DNA of 64,000 nucleotides from Candidatus Daviesbacteria bacterium (GTDB lineage Bacteria; Patescibacteriota; Microgenomatia; Daviesbacterales; UBA10151): NCBI GenBank assembly GCA_028715175.1, contig JAQUSJ010000002.1, positions 92,117 to 156,116 of the forward strand, read 5' to 3'. Shown piece by piece: positions 53,520 to 63,098 of this stretch (position 1 is its first letter; each line of letters starts with the position of its first letter). The notes under the pieces were generated by a model. It saw only the letters and a program-made list of their open reading frames with translations, ran no database searches and was not told where the DNA came from. The position numbers and the translations under genes were made by a program.

Positions 53520-56495
53520 ATGTTGATCGTACGGCGATTATTGCGATCTAAAATTCTCTTTTTTCTTTTACTCTTTTTTTGTTGTAATCAGGCTTTTTCT
53601 CAAACAGCCTTTGCACAAAGTACAGATGATTTATGTGAAAGCACCTGGCGCTCTACATCTTCTTCTCTTCCAGTTTGTTCAACACCCTTATTTGAGTCAA
53701 ATTGTTCAGGTTCTGGTGGATATAGTGGTACCGAGTGCTGTCAAAATTTAGGCCGTGATTATTGTGAAGAAAGAAATAGGGGTGACTATCCTATCCCTTT
53801 AAAAGAATTTAGGTGTTGTAGTTATGCTGTCACTCCTCCCCCCACCCCCATTCCTACCCCAGAACCTCCCCCTCCTTCCCCTTCCCCTACTCCTCCCCCT
53901 GTCTGTTTGTATGACTCTCAGTGTGGAACTTGTAGAAAATGCTGTATAAATCCGCCAAGTAACTATTGCTCTACTTTAAACTATGAATGCTCCGGGACTT
54001 TAATCCCTGGCTGTGTCAGCTGTCAGTGCCAGTATAGCCAAACTTGTAACAGCGGGACAGGAGTCCAGACTTGCAATGGCAGATATAATAGTTCTGGTGT
54101 CTGTGGCTACTCCTCTCTCTGTGATCCAAATTGCAGCGAATGCACTTCCTCTTCCAATCCTCCTCCTGCCACCCCTCCTCCCGCTCCTCCACCTCCTCCT
54201 CCCGGGTGTTCTTTTTCCAACTGTGGTGCTTCAGGCTGCCAGCCTGACCAAAGATATGTTTCCGGAACTTGTTCATATGCCTGGTACTTTGGTCCTGCCT
54301 GTTACTATGATGCAAGCTGTGGTGGTGGGGGTGGCGGGGATAATTATGTTGCACCCACCACCGGCCCAAATTGCACTTCCGATGACATCATGTATTTTGA
54401 TCCTCCAGCCCCTAAACAAGATCAACCTTTTACGATTAATGTTTTGTCCAAAGGACCCTCGGGAAGGTATCTTTCCATAGCTTTGGATATTACCACCCCT
54501 TTAGACCCGGCTGGTGTTCAGGTAGTCACCTCCCCGTCATACCCGGACATCCCTTCCTTTTATCAGGTCCAGGGTTATCAATACAGCTGGCAATGGCTGA
54601 TTGGTAAAGCTGAAAGTGGACCCACTCCCTATCTTTTTGAGTTCAGCATCAATGGCCGCAGCCAATACTGTGTTTCCAATATACTTTATGTTGATCCTCC
54701 CAGCATCTCTGCCTGGATAAAAGCTTCCGGAGACGTTCACAGCAATGACTGGATAAGAGCTTCCGGTGGACCGGATGCCATTACCTACCAGGGTATAATT
54801 TGTCCTGCCCAAAGCCAAAACCCCAGGGTAACAGGAGGATTAATCACTACTTACGGCTTATCTGATAATTTTGGCAATTCCGAAGCTATCTGTGTGGTGG
54901 GCAGTTCTGCTCCTTTTGCTCCTTTTAAGCTTCTTACTTATGATGATCTAAAATCACTCTACTTTACCCAATCCAAACTTGGTCCGGATCAAAAAATTAC
55001 TTTGACCGGTAACCAAACCCAATCCTCCCTCACAAATCCCATTAACTTATCCTCCCAGGCATTACTACCTCAACCCACTAACTTCCTAGCCAGCTTTAAA
55101 AACCTCATCCAAAAACTGGTTAACCCCATCTCAGAAGTCTTTGCCCAATCAGCGCCTGCCTGTTCCGGGGATATATGTACTGATTGTCTGATCAATAACC
55201 AGGGAGATCCAACTGCTTTTCTTAAGTTTTATGAAGATAATGGCTGGGACATAAGTTGCGGCAGTCAAACAGGCATAATCCAGAATTGGTGTAACGCTAC
55301 CAGCGAGCAGGCCACAGCTCAATGCAATTCCATGAAGAGTGGTGTTTGTGCCATAGCATGTGGTAATACCCCCAGTCCAGGCACAAATCAGTTGACCGGT
55401 AATCTCTGGGACGGCACTAATTTTAATACGCCTGATGGCGGCGCCCCATCCGGACCTTCCTTATCAGCTCCGGTTCCTGACACAGCCACAGCCTTAGATC
55501 AAAACTGGGGTACCGGTGCGCCAAACTCCACTGTGGGATCTGATACTTTCTCAGGCAGATGGCAGGGTAACTTTACCTTTAAGGCAGGAACTTACACCTT
55601 TTATGCCGGAGCGGATGACGGGGTCAGACTGAAAATTGACGGAGTAACCAGGATCAACAGCTGGGTTGATACAGGCTATACTGAGAGAAGCTATACTCAA
55701 ATATTTTCTTCCCAGGCCAAACACCTAATCGAGCTTGAATACTATGAAAATGGCGGAGATGCCAGAGTTTCTTTGCGCTGGAGTCATGCAGCGTTTGCCT
55801 GTTCCGGGGATACATGCACGGATTGTCTGATCAGCAAGCAGGGAGATCCTCCTAATTTCCTCCGGTTTTATCAAAATAATGGCTGGGACATAAGTTGCAG
55901 TAACCAGACTGCCATAGTTGCCAACTGGTGCAACACCACTGATCCTTCAGGCTGTACTGCTTTAAAGTCCGGCAGCTGTGCCACAGCATGTGGTTATGTA
56001 GCCCCTACTCCCACACCAACCCCTACTCCAACACCTCCTGTACTGGATAAGCTCTATCATATTACCGGAGACTTAACTGTAGAAAGCAACATGACTGTTG
56101 GTAAAACAGGAATTATTTTCATAGATGGCAATTTATCGATTAACACTAATCTGACTCATACAAGTAGTAATGCCGGATTGGTATTGGCGGTAAAAGGAGA
56201 TGTCACTGTCAATCCTTCAGTTACCCGGATTGATGCAGTTATTATCTCTTCCGGGAAAATCTACACTGCAGGTTCCGGCTGCAACCACGGCTCACCTGTG
56301 ACTGCCAACCAGCTGGTCATTAACGGCAGTTTAATATCTTTAGACAGCAACAAAAACATTGAATTTTGCCGGACTCTTGGAAGCAACAACAATACCACCA
56401 AGCCGGCCGAACTGATCAACAACCAGCCCAAATATCTGGTCATTTTGCGCAATCTCTTTTCCCAAACCTACCAGAAATGGGAAGAAATACCATAA
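53520..56495 (+). CDS. Large secreted Cys-rich protein with Pro-rich linkers, a PA14 domain flanked by duplicated Cys modules, and a beta-helix-like C-terminus
   Basis: Signal peptide. PA14-like FSGRWQGNFTFKAGTYTFYAGADDGVRLKIDGVTRINSWVD...HLIELEYYENGGDARVSLRW. Duplicated ACSGD(I/T)CTDCLI..QGDP..FL.FY..NGWDISC. Confidence 0.65.
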   Translation: MLIVRRLLRSKILFFLLLFFCCNQAFSQTAFAQSTDDLCESTWRSTSSSLPVCSTPLFESNCSGSGGYSGTECCQNLGRDYCEERNRGDYPIPLKEFRCCSYAVTPPPTPIPTPEPPPPSPSPTPPPVCLYDSQCGTCRKCCINPPSNYCSTLNYECSGTLIPGCVSCQCQYSQTCNSGTGVQTCNGRYNSSGVCGYSSLCDPNCSECTSSSNPPPATPPPAPPPPPPGCSFSNCGASGCQPDQRYVSGTCSYAWYFGPACYYDASCGGGGGGDNYVAPTTGPNCTSDDIMYFDPPAPKQDQPFTINVLSKGPSGRYLSIALDITTPLDPAGVQVVTSPSYPDIPSFYQVQGYQYSWQWLIGKAESGPTPYLFEFSINGRSQYCVSNILYVDPPSISAWIKASGDVHSNDWIRASGGPDAITYQGIICPAQSQNPRVTGGLITTYGLSDNFGNSEAICVVGSSAPFAPFKLLTYDDLKSLYFTQSKLGPDQKITLTGNQTQSSLTNPINLSSQALLPQPTNFLASFKNLIQKLVNPISEVFAQSAPACSGDICTDCLINNQGDPTAFLKFYEDNGWDISCGSQTGIIQNWCNATSEQATAQCNSMKSGVCAIACGNTPSPGTNQLTGNLWDGTNFNTPDGGAPSGPSLSAPVPDTATALDQNWGTGAPNSTVGSDTFSGRWQGNFTFKAGTYTFYAGADDGVRLKIDGVTRINSWVDTGYTERSYTQIFSSQAKHLIELEYYENGGDARVSLRWSHAAFACSGDTCTDCLISKQGDPPNFLRFYQNNGWDISCSNQTAIVANWCNTTDPSGCTALKSGSCATACGYVAPTPTPTPTPTPPVLDKLYHITGDLTVESNMTVGKTGIIFIDGNLSINTNLTHTSSNAGLVLAVKGDVTVNPSVTRIDAVIISSGKIYTAGSGCNHGSPVTANQLVINGSLISLDSNKNIEFCRTLGSNNNTTKPAELINNQPKYLVILRNLFSQTYQKWEEIP

Positions 56496-56498
56496 TAA

Positions 56499-56573
56499 CT
56501 GTCAGTCTTCAGCTACCAGCTTTCAGACCAGTAACAAAAAGTCTGACGACTGACGACTGAAAGCTGACGACTA
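56499..56573. repeat. Family-A element between the convergent PA14-protein and uppS genes; overlaps the uppS stop
   Basis: tgtcagtcttcagctaccagctttcagac-cagtaacaaaaa-gtctgacgactgacgactgaaagctgacgactatttc. Confidence 0.8.
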
Positions 56574-57287
56574 TTTCCCGAAGTTGCGCTTCTGCTCCTG
56601 ATACCAGACAATAGCTTTCTTTAACTCCCCAGCATCAAAATCCGGCCATAATGTTTTGGTAAAGTAGAATTCAGAATAGGCTGTCTGCCAAAGCAGGAAG
56701 TTTGACAGCCTTGATCTTCCTCCTGTCCGAATAACAAGCTCGGGATCAAGTTGGCCATTGGTATAAAGATGCCTCTCAATAATCTGCTCGTTTATTTTAT
56801 TAACATCAACACCCTCTTTAACAATATCTTTAATTGCTTCAACCAGCTCTTTTTTGCTACCATAATTTAAAGCTATATTTAATTTTATTGATTCACTTTT
56901 AATATATGTATCCTTGACCTGATCGATCAGTTTTTTAATGGTTTCCGGAAGACCTTGTACTTCCCCTAAAATAGTTACTCTAACCCCTTTTTGCATCATT
57001 TTCTTAAGTCTTGTATGGAAACCTTTTCTCATCAGATTAAACAGTTCAAAAACTTCCCTTTTGGCCCGCTCTTGAATATTTTCTGTGGAAAGAGCATAAA
57101 CTGTGACTGTTTTGATACCCATTTTATCCGCAGCTTCTACTACGTTTTCCAAAGCTTCTGTTCCTTTTTCATGCCCTTTAATATCAGGCAAATTCCTGAC
57201 TCTGGCCCATCTTCTGTTGCCATCCATTATTATGGCTATATGCTGAGGTATATTTTGTTGGTTTAGTTTTTTTATAGTTTTGTCCAT
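56571..57287 (-). CDS. uppS: Undecaprenyl-diphosphate synthase (cis-prenyltransferase)
   Basis: HIAIIMDGNRRWAR; VTVYALSTENIQER; RTGGRSRLSNFLLWQTAYSEFYF. Confidence 0.85.
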   Translation of the reverse strand: MDKTIKKLNQQNIPQHIAIIMDGNRRWARVRNLPDIKGHEKGTEALENVVEAADKMGIKTVTVYALSTENIQERAKREVFELFNLMRKGFHTRLKKMMQKGVRVTILGEVQGLPETIKKLIDQVKDTYIKSESIKLNIALNYGSKKELVEAIKDIVKEGVDVNKINEQIIERHLYTNGQLDPELVIRTGGRSRLSNFLLWQTAYSEFYFTKTLWPDFDAGELKKAIVWYQEQKRNFGK

Positions 57288-57368
57288 ATACTTTAAATTA
57301 AGTCTTAGTTTTCAATTCTCAGTTCTCAATTTTCAGTAAGTTTTCATTGATCAATGATTCATTGAAAA

Positions 57369-58301
57369 TTATTTAGTCCTCTGGACTAAATATGCTGCCA
57401 TCTGTTGCAATAATTTACTCATTTTCTTATCTTTAGCGCGATTAGAGCCCCCTGTTATCCTTGGCAATACTTTCATTGCTCTATTTTCATATTTTTTTGC
57501 TTCATTTTTAGCCGAATCTAATCCTCCTGTCCAGGCAACTTCATTATCCAAAATATCATCCTTAATTTGGAAAGCAACTCCCAGATTCTCTCCGAATTTT
57601 GCCAAATTTTTAAACAATTGTCCACCTCGGAGGTGGGCTCTGACTCCTCCGAGGTGTGATTTTGCTCCACCCAGAATTGCTCCTAAAATCAGCGGTCCTG
57701 ACACAGAATATTTGGCAGTCTTATATAGAGCAACCTTAAAATAATCCCCTTTATCTATAATTCGACTCGCCAATCGGCGGGGAGAATCACAATCCACATC
57801 TATATCCAGAATCTGCCCCATGACAGTTTGAAGCGCAGTATTTGAGAAATATTTTAAAGCTTCATTCTTTTCCTTTTCTGGAAAGTTAGCTTCAGAAATT
57901 ATTTTTATAGCCAGGAAAAAACCTGCATCAGCCAGGCTTATAGCCAAAGAAGTGCCACGGTGATCCCCGCCCAAAGCCTGATATAGCGAAGGTTGACCGC
58001 GCCTGATTAAATCTTTGTCAATAATGTCATCATGAGCCAACAGAGCAGTATGGAATATTTCATAAGCCGCAGCTACTTTTAGTATTTCACCTCCGGGGTG
58101 AGCTTTGTTCCATCGGACGTTTTCTCCTCGGAGGTGTGCTGCTAACTGAAAGCCCAATACCACTAACTTCCCCCTAATCCTCTTCCCTCCCTGATTTGCT
58201 TTAATAAATTTATCAACTGGTGGTAAAAGAGCGCGATCTATCCTGCCTGCCTCTTTTCGGAAATCATCAAGCAATTTATTCAGTTCTGCTTCCAAATCCA
58301 T
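57369..58301 (-). CDS. trans-Polyprenyl diphosphate synthase (FPP/GGPP synthase family)
   Basis: FARM LLAHDDIIDKD; SARM GVAFQIKDDILD. Contains in-frame family-D hairpin peptides SHLGGVRAHLRGG. Confidence 0.85.
   Translation of the reverse strand: MDLEAELNKLLDDFRKEAGRIDRALLPPVDKFIKANQGGKRIRGKLVVLGFQLAAHLRGENVRWNKAHPGGEILKVAAAYEIFHTALLAHDDIIDKDLIRRGQPSLYQALGGDHRGTSLAISLADAGFFLAIKIISEANFPEKEKNEALKYFSNTALQTVMGQILDIDVDCDSPRRLASRIIDKGDYFKVALYKTAKYSVSGPLILGAILGGAKSHLGGVRAHLRGGQLFKNLAKFGENLGVAFQIKDDILDNEVAWTGGLDSAKNEAKKYENRAMKVLPRITGGSNRAKDKKMSKLLQQMAAYLVQRTK
57623..57656. repeat. Family-D hairpin in frame in the polyprenyl synthase gene (minus-strand reading: HLGGVRAHLRGG)
   Basis: cacctcggaggtgggctctgactcctccgaggtg. 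Confidence 0.75.
58088..58136. repeat. Family-D-related split hairpin in the polyprenyl synthase gene
   Basis: cacctccggggtgagctttg...ctcctcggaggtg. Confidence 0.45.
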
Positions 58302-58360
58302 GTGTCATAATTTACCACATCAGCAGCTTGCATGCACTGTTTGTGGTAAAATTGGCTTTT

Positions 58361-59551
58361 ATGAAAAACAAGATATCTCTTCGTGACTTTAAAAATGCCC
58401 AAGCAAGACGCAAGTTTTTAGAGGAGCAGTTAAATATAAAACTAGATAATATCAGCAATTTTACTTTTACAGAGGATCAAGCTGTTGGCAGAAATATTGA
58501 GAATTTAGTGGGTGCCACCCAAATCCCTTTGGGAGTGGCAGGACCATTGAGAATCCACCTCGAAGGAGTCAAGGCCCACCTTCGAGGTGTTTTTAGGGAT
58601 TATTATATTCCTCTAGCAACCACCGAAGGAGCATTGGTGGCCTCAGTTTCCCGAGGTTGCAAAGCCATCAATAAAGCCGGCGGAGCAACTGTATTTGTAG
58701 AAAATGTCGGGATTACCCGCGGGCCGGTTTTTAAAGCCAAAAATTTAGGTGAAGCTTTAAGAGCTGAAATTTGGATAGAAAAAAATTTTAAAGAACTTGC
58801 AAAAATAGCCGAGTCAACTTCCTCTCATTTAAAACTGTTAAAAGCTGAATCCCGGGTTGTTGGCAGAAATTTATTTGTCAGATTTTATTTTGATACAAAG
58901 GATGCCATGGGCATGAATATGGCTACTTTCGCTACAGAGCAAGCAGCTAAATTAATCGAGCAAAAAACCAAAGTTATATGCGTTTCACTGGCCGGTAATT
59001 TTGATATAGATAAAAAACCTGCCTGGCTTAACTTCATCAATGGGCGCGGAAAAAAAGTTTGGGCCGAAATAGTTTTACCTGAGAAAATAGTGGCTGACGT
59101 TCTTAAAACTACCCCCGGAAAAATAGTAGAGGTGGTGGAAAGAAAATGCCATCTGGGCGGAGTAATGTCAGGATCACTCGGATTTAATGCTCATTTTGCC
59201 AATATTATAGCTGCTGTTTTTACTTCAACCGGCCAGGATCTGGCTCATGTGGTGGAAGGCAGTTTAGGAGTTACCTCAACCGAGATCTTAGAAAATGGTG
59301 ATCTTTCTTTTTCCGTATACCTCCCCTCTTTGATAGCCGGCACTGTTGGCGGGGGGACGCATCTGCCTGCTCAGCAGGAAGCTTTGGGGATAATGCAAGT
59401 ATCTGATGTGCTAGAATATTCGCAAGTTTTGGGAGGTGCAGTTTTGGCCGGTGAACTTTCACTTTTGGCATCTTTGGCAGAAGGATCTCTTGCAAAAGCA
59501 CACAAAAAGCTAGGAAGGAAAAAAGCTATCAGTCTTCAGCTATCAGACTAA
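58361..59551 (+). CDS. HMG-CoA reductase, class I-like (start moved to MKNKIS; ORF track 58220 would overlap the divergent upstream gene)
   Basis: ENLVGATQIPLGVAGPLRI; YYIPLATTEGALVASVSRGCKAI; DAMGMNM; GTVGGGT. Confidence 0.85.
   Translation: MKNKISLRDFKNAQARRKFLEEQLNIKLDNISNFTFTEDQAVGRNIENLVGATQIPLGVAGPLRIHLEGVKAHLRGVFRDYYIPLATTEGALVASVSRGCKAINKAGGATVFVENVGITRGPVFKAKNLGEALRAEIWIEKNFKELAKIAESTSSHLKLLKAESRVVGRNLFVRFYFDTKDAMGMNMATFATEQAAKLIEQKTKVICVSLAGNFDIDKKPAWLNFINGRGKKVWAEIVLPEKIVADVLKTTPGKIVEVVERKCHLGGVMSGSLGFNAHFANIIAAVFTSTGQDLAHVVEGSLGVTSTEILENGDLSFSVYLPSLIAGTVGGGTHLPAQQEALGIMQVSDVLEYSQVLGGAVLAGELSLLASLAEGSLAKAHKKLGRKKAISLQLSD
58555..58589. repeat. Family-D hairpin in opposite orientation, in frame in the HMG-CoA reductase gene (HLEGVKAHLRGV)
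   Basis: cacctcgaaggagtcaaggcccaccttcgaggtg; its loop agtcaaggccca is the reverse complement of the tgggccttgact loop at 18741. Confidence 0.7.
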
Positions 59552-59596
59552 GAAATACTAGTCTGATGACTGAAAGCTGACGGCTGACGACTACTT
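59524..59596. repeat. Family-A element at the HMGR|HMGS junction; encodes the last 8 residues (AISLQLSD) and the TAA stop of HMGR, and abuts the HMGS ATG
   Basis: agctatcagtcttcagctatcagacTAAgaaatactagtctgatgactgaaagctgacggctgacgactactt ATG. Confidence 0.8.
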
Positions 59597-60640
59597 ATGA
59601 CAGGTATTGTTTCTTATGGAGTATACATACCAAAATACAGAATCAAACCATCACAGATTGCTCATGCCTGGGGCAAAGAAGCGATTGATGTGGAAAAATC
59701 ACTGGGGGTTTTGGAAAAAGCAGTCGCCTCAGTTGATGAGGATGCGGTAACTTTAGCAGTTGAAGCCTCTTTCAGGGCTTTGCAAAACGGACAAATCAAA
59801 CCTGACAGTATCGGCGCCATTACTGTTGGTTCTGAATCCCACCCTTATGCTGTCAAACCTACCTCCACTACAGTCGCCGGCATTTTAGGTCTACCGGAAG
59901 AACTTTTGGCAGTTGATTTGGAATTTGCCTGTAAAGCCGGCACCTCCGGTATCCAGCTTTTATCAGGTTTTGTCGGCACAAACAAGGCAAAATATGTTCT
60001 GGCCATAGGTTCTGATGTAGCTCAATCCAAACCTTCAGATGTTTTGGAATATACGGCCGGCTCCGGCGCAGCCAGTTTCATTTTAGGCAATAAAGATACA
60101 GTTGCCAATATCTTAGACTTCACCTCTTACTGTTCAGATACTCCTGATTTTTGGAGGAGAGACAGCGAAAAATTCCCCTCCCATGGCGGAAGGTTTACAG
60201 GAAAACCGGCTTACTTTAACCATGTTTATAAAGCATCTGCTTCGCTGCTTAAGAAAACTAAGCTTAAACCTGCTGATTTTGACTGGGCTGTTTTTCATAT
60301 GCCTAACGGCAAATTCCCCAAAGAAGCCGCCAACAGATTGGGTTTTACAGATACACAAATTAAACCGGGTTTTATAGTCTCTCAAATAGGCAACCCTTAT
60401 TCTGCCTCATCCATGATAGGGCTGGCTGCCATTTTGGATATTGCTAAACCCGATCAAAAAATCTTCATGTGTTCTTATGGATCAGGAGCCGGATCAGACG
60501 CTTTTGTCTTTGAAACTACCCCCATTCTTAAGAAATTTCAAAAAAGAAACAAAAACAGCGTCCAAAGACAAATTCAGGACAAACAAATGATTGATTATTC
60601 GCTGGTTGCAAGAAACATAATTAACAAATACAGGATATGA
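59597..60640 (+). CDS. HMG-CoA synthase, archaeal type
   Basis: MTGIVSYGVYIPKYRIK N-terminus typical of archaeal HMGS; ~347 aa; sits immediately upstream of the thiolase and DUF35 genes, as in archaea. Confidence 0.8.
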   Translation: MTGIVSYGVYIPKYRIKPSQIAHAWGKEAIDVEKSLGVLEKAVASVDEDAVTLAVEASFRALQNGQIKPDSIGAITVGSESHPYAVKPTSTTVAGILGLPEELLAVDLEFACKAGTSGIQLLSGFVGTNKAKYVLAIGSDVAQSKPSDVLEYTAGSGAASFILGNKDTVANILDFTSYCSDTPDFWRRDSEKFPSHGGRFTGKPAYFNHVYKASASLLKKTKLKPADFDWAVFHMPNGKFPKEAANRLGFTDTQIKPGFIVSQIGNPYSASSMIGLAAILDIAKPDQKIFMCSYGSGAGSDAFVFETTPILKKFQKRNKNSVQRQIQDKQMIDYSLVARNIINKYRI

Positions 60641-61770
60641 AGATAAAAATAGCCGGTATTGGTTTAACAAAATTTGGAGAGCTTTGGGACAAATCACTCC
60701 TGGATTTGGCTCTGGAAGCCTCGATTGATGCTATCAAAGATTCCGGGATTAATAAAAGTAAAATTGATGCAGTCTTTGTTGGCAATATGCTGACCGGCAA
60801 AATAGCCGGGCAAGATCATCTTGGACCGGTAATTGCTTCTTCTTTAGGGCTGAATGCTGCTTCTTTTCGGATTGAAGGAGCTTGCGCTTCCGGAGGACTG
60901 GCAGTACATCTGGCTATTCAAGGCATTTTAGCCGGCACCTATAAAAACGTTTTAGTGGTGGGGGCGGAAAAAATGACCGATGCTTCTTCCAACCAAATCA
61001 CCTGGGCCTTAATGGGAGCCAGTTCTTCAAAGGAGCGGAAAGCCGGTCTTACTTTTCCGGCTCTTTACGCTCTGATGACTCAGGCACATATGCAAAAATA
61101 CGGTACTACCCGGAAACAACTGGCGCAGGTTTCTGTTAAAAACCACTATCATGCTTCCTTGAATAAAAAAGCCCAGTACCCATACGAAGTAACTGCTGAG
61201 AAAGTTTTAAACAGCAGCCTAATCTCCTACCCCATCACTTTATTTGATTCCTCCCCTATTACCGACGGCGCAGGGGCAGTCATGCTTTCGGCTGAGACTG
61301 ACTCCAAAGGGATTTTCATTACCGGCAGCGCCGTAGCCTCAGACACAATTGATCTTTCGGAAAGAGAGAGTTTAACAGAGCTTAAGGCAACTCAGATAGC
61401 TTCTAAAAAAGCTTTTGAACAGGCAGGGGTCGGAATTAAGGATATTAAGGTTTGCGAAGTACATGATTGTTTTACTATTGCTGAAATCATGGCCATGGAA
61501 GATTTAGGGGTTTGTCCGGCTGGTGCCGGAGGGAAATTTATTGAAAAAGGCAATACCAAGCTGAATGGCAAATGCCCCATCAACACTTCCGGAGGATTAA
61601 AAGCCTGCGGGCATCCTGTTGGCGCCACCGGAGTTAAGCAAATTATTGAAATTACCGAACAACTTCGAAAAAACGCGGGTCAAAGGCAAGTCAAAGATGC
61701 CAATATCGGTTTAACCCAGAATGTTGGAGGAACAGGAGCAACAGTTGTAGTACACGTACTACAAAATTAA
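60637..61770 (+). CDS. Acetyl-CoA C-acetyltransferase (archaeal-type thiolase)
   Basis: MKIKIAGIGLTKFGE; GACASGG; CGHPVGATG; ATGA start/stop overlap with HMGS. Confidence 0.85.
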   Translation: MKIKIAGIGLTKFGELWDKSLLDLALEASIDAIKDSGINKSKIDAVFVGNMLTGKIAGQDHLGPVIASSLGLNAASFRIEGACASGGLAVHLAIQGILAGTYKNVLVVGAEKMTDASSNQITWALMGASSSKERKAGLTFPALYALMTQAHMQKYGTTRKQLAQVSVKNHYHASLNKKAQYPYEVTAEKVLNSSLISYPITLFDSSPITDGAGAVMLSAETDSKGIFITGSAVASDTIDLSERESLTELKATQIASKKAFEQAGVGIKDIKVCEVHDCFTIAEIMAMEDLGVCPAGAGGKFIEKGNTKLNGKCPINTSGGLKACGHPVGATGVKQIIEITEQLRKNAGQRQVKDANIGLTQNVGGTGATVVVHVLQN

Positions 61771-61854
61771 TAATTTACAATTTACAATTAAAATTTATGA
61801 AACTTCATTTTACATTTTACATTATACATTTTACATTGGAGGCGAAGCCGACCT

Positions 61855-62154
61855 ATGTCTAGTCCTGTGACTGTTTGGAGAAACCATAAAAATTTGAGGA
61901 ATTACCTTGGAAAAACAGGTAAAGTCCTTGTCTGGACAAAGATATACATAGCACCGGAAGGCTTTGAACATGAGGCCCCTTATTTTGTGGCCATTGTCAA
62001 ACTGGAAGACGGAAGGAAAATGCCTTTGCAGATGGTTGAATGCGAGGAAAAAGATTTAATACCGAACCGGAAAGTAACACTTGTGGTTAGAAAACTGGGC
62101 AAAGTCGGACTTGATAAAGTAATTGAATACGGGGTAAAAGCGAAACCCTTATGA
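61855..62154 (+). CDS. DUF35 OB-fold protein (thiolase/HMGS scaffold-type), short form without Zn ribbon
   Basis: GKTGKVLVWTKIYIAPEGFEHEAPYFVAIVKLEDGRKMPLQMVEC matches the DUF35 OB-fold consensus; a GGAGG ribosome-binding site lies 8 nt upstream. Confidence 0.65.
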   Translation: MSSPVTVWRNHKNLRNYLGKTGKVLVWTKIYIAPEGFEHEAPYFVAIVKLEDGRKMPLQMVECEEKDLIPNRKVTLVVRKLGKVGLDKVIEYGVKAKPL

Positions 62155-63098
62155 TCAAAATTTCAGCTCCCGGCAAAATTCACCTGCTCGGCGAACATAT
62201 GGTAGTTTATGGCAAACCGGCTTTGCTGACCACAGTCAATCTCAGAGTAACTGTTGCTCTTCAACCATGTCATTCTGGTAAGCAAGTCTCCGAGCGCAAC
62301 CAGAATCTTGATTCTGGAGTCGTCGCTTCGCTCCTCCCCAGAATGACAAAAACCATAGAACCTATTGTTAAAAAATATCTTCAACTTAAAACCATCCCGC
62401 CTTACCAGTTAACTATTTCATCCCAAATTCCTATTGGAGCTGGTCTGGGTTCTTCAGCTGCTGTTTCAGCTGCCTATATTGCAGCCTTGCTCTCTTTTTT
62501 GAAAGTAAAATGGGATCTAAATCTTATTAATAAACTGACCTTTGAGGCAGAAAAAGTCTTTCATGATAATCCTTCCGGCGGGGATAATTCCACAGTAGTT
62601 TTTGGCGGACTGATTTGGTACCAAAAAGGTAAAGGGGTTCAACCCCTAAAATTTCCCATCTCCCCTCGCCTCACTCGAAACTTCATGTTGATTAGTACCG
62701 GAAAACCTAAGGAAACTACTAAACAAATGGTGGAAATGGTAGCTGCAAAAAGTAAAAAGTTCAAAAAGATATTTGATAATCAGGAAAAACTGGTCAGAGA
62801 ATTATTGTCGACCATACAAAATGCTAATGAGAATCAGCTAATTCAAATCATCAGGGCTGGAGAGAGAAATCTGGAAACTATTGGAGTTGTATCCCCATAT
62901 GCAACATCCATCATCAGAAAAATAGAAAATGCCGGCGGAGCTGCCAAAATCTGCGGAGGCGGCGGTAAAACTAAAGCCACCGGCATTTTACTTTGCTACC
63001 ACCCAAATCCTGCTGTTGTTAAAAACATTGCCAAATCATATAAACTTGATTACATTAAGACAACCTTAGGAGCCCAGGGTCTTAGAAATGAAACTTAA
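62151..63098 (+). CDS. Mevalonate kinase (GHMP kinase)
   Basis: SAPGKIHLLGEHMVVYG; PIGAGLGSSAAVSAA; ATGA overlap with the DUF35 gene. Confidence 0.8.
   Translation: MIKISAPGKIHLLGEHMVVYGKPALLTTVNLRVTVALQPCHSGKQVSERNQNLDSGVVASLLPRMTKTIEPIVKKYLQLKTIPPYQLTISSQIPIGAGLGSSAAVSAAYIAALLSFLKVKWDLNLINKLTFEAEKVFHDNPSGGDNSTVVFGGLIWYQKGKGVQPLKFPISPRLTRNFMLISTGKPKETTKQMVEMVAAKSKKFKKIFDNQEKLVRELLSTIQNANENQLIQIIRAGERNLETIGVVSPYATSIIRKIENAGGAAKICGGGGKTKATGILLCYHPNPAVVKNIAKSYKLDYIKTTLGAQGLRNET

Noticed and set aside
58220-58360. Upstream extension of the HMG-CoA reductase ORF to 58220
   Set aside because: It would overlap the N-terminus of the divergently transcribed polyprenyl synthase by 80 nt. The first Met giving a conserved N-terminus (MKNKIS) is at 58361.
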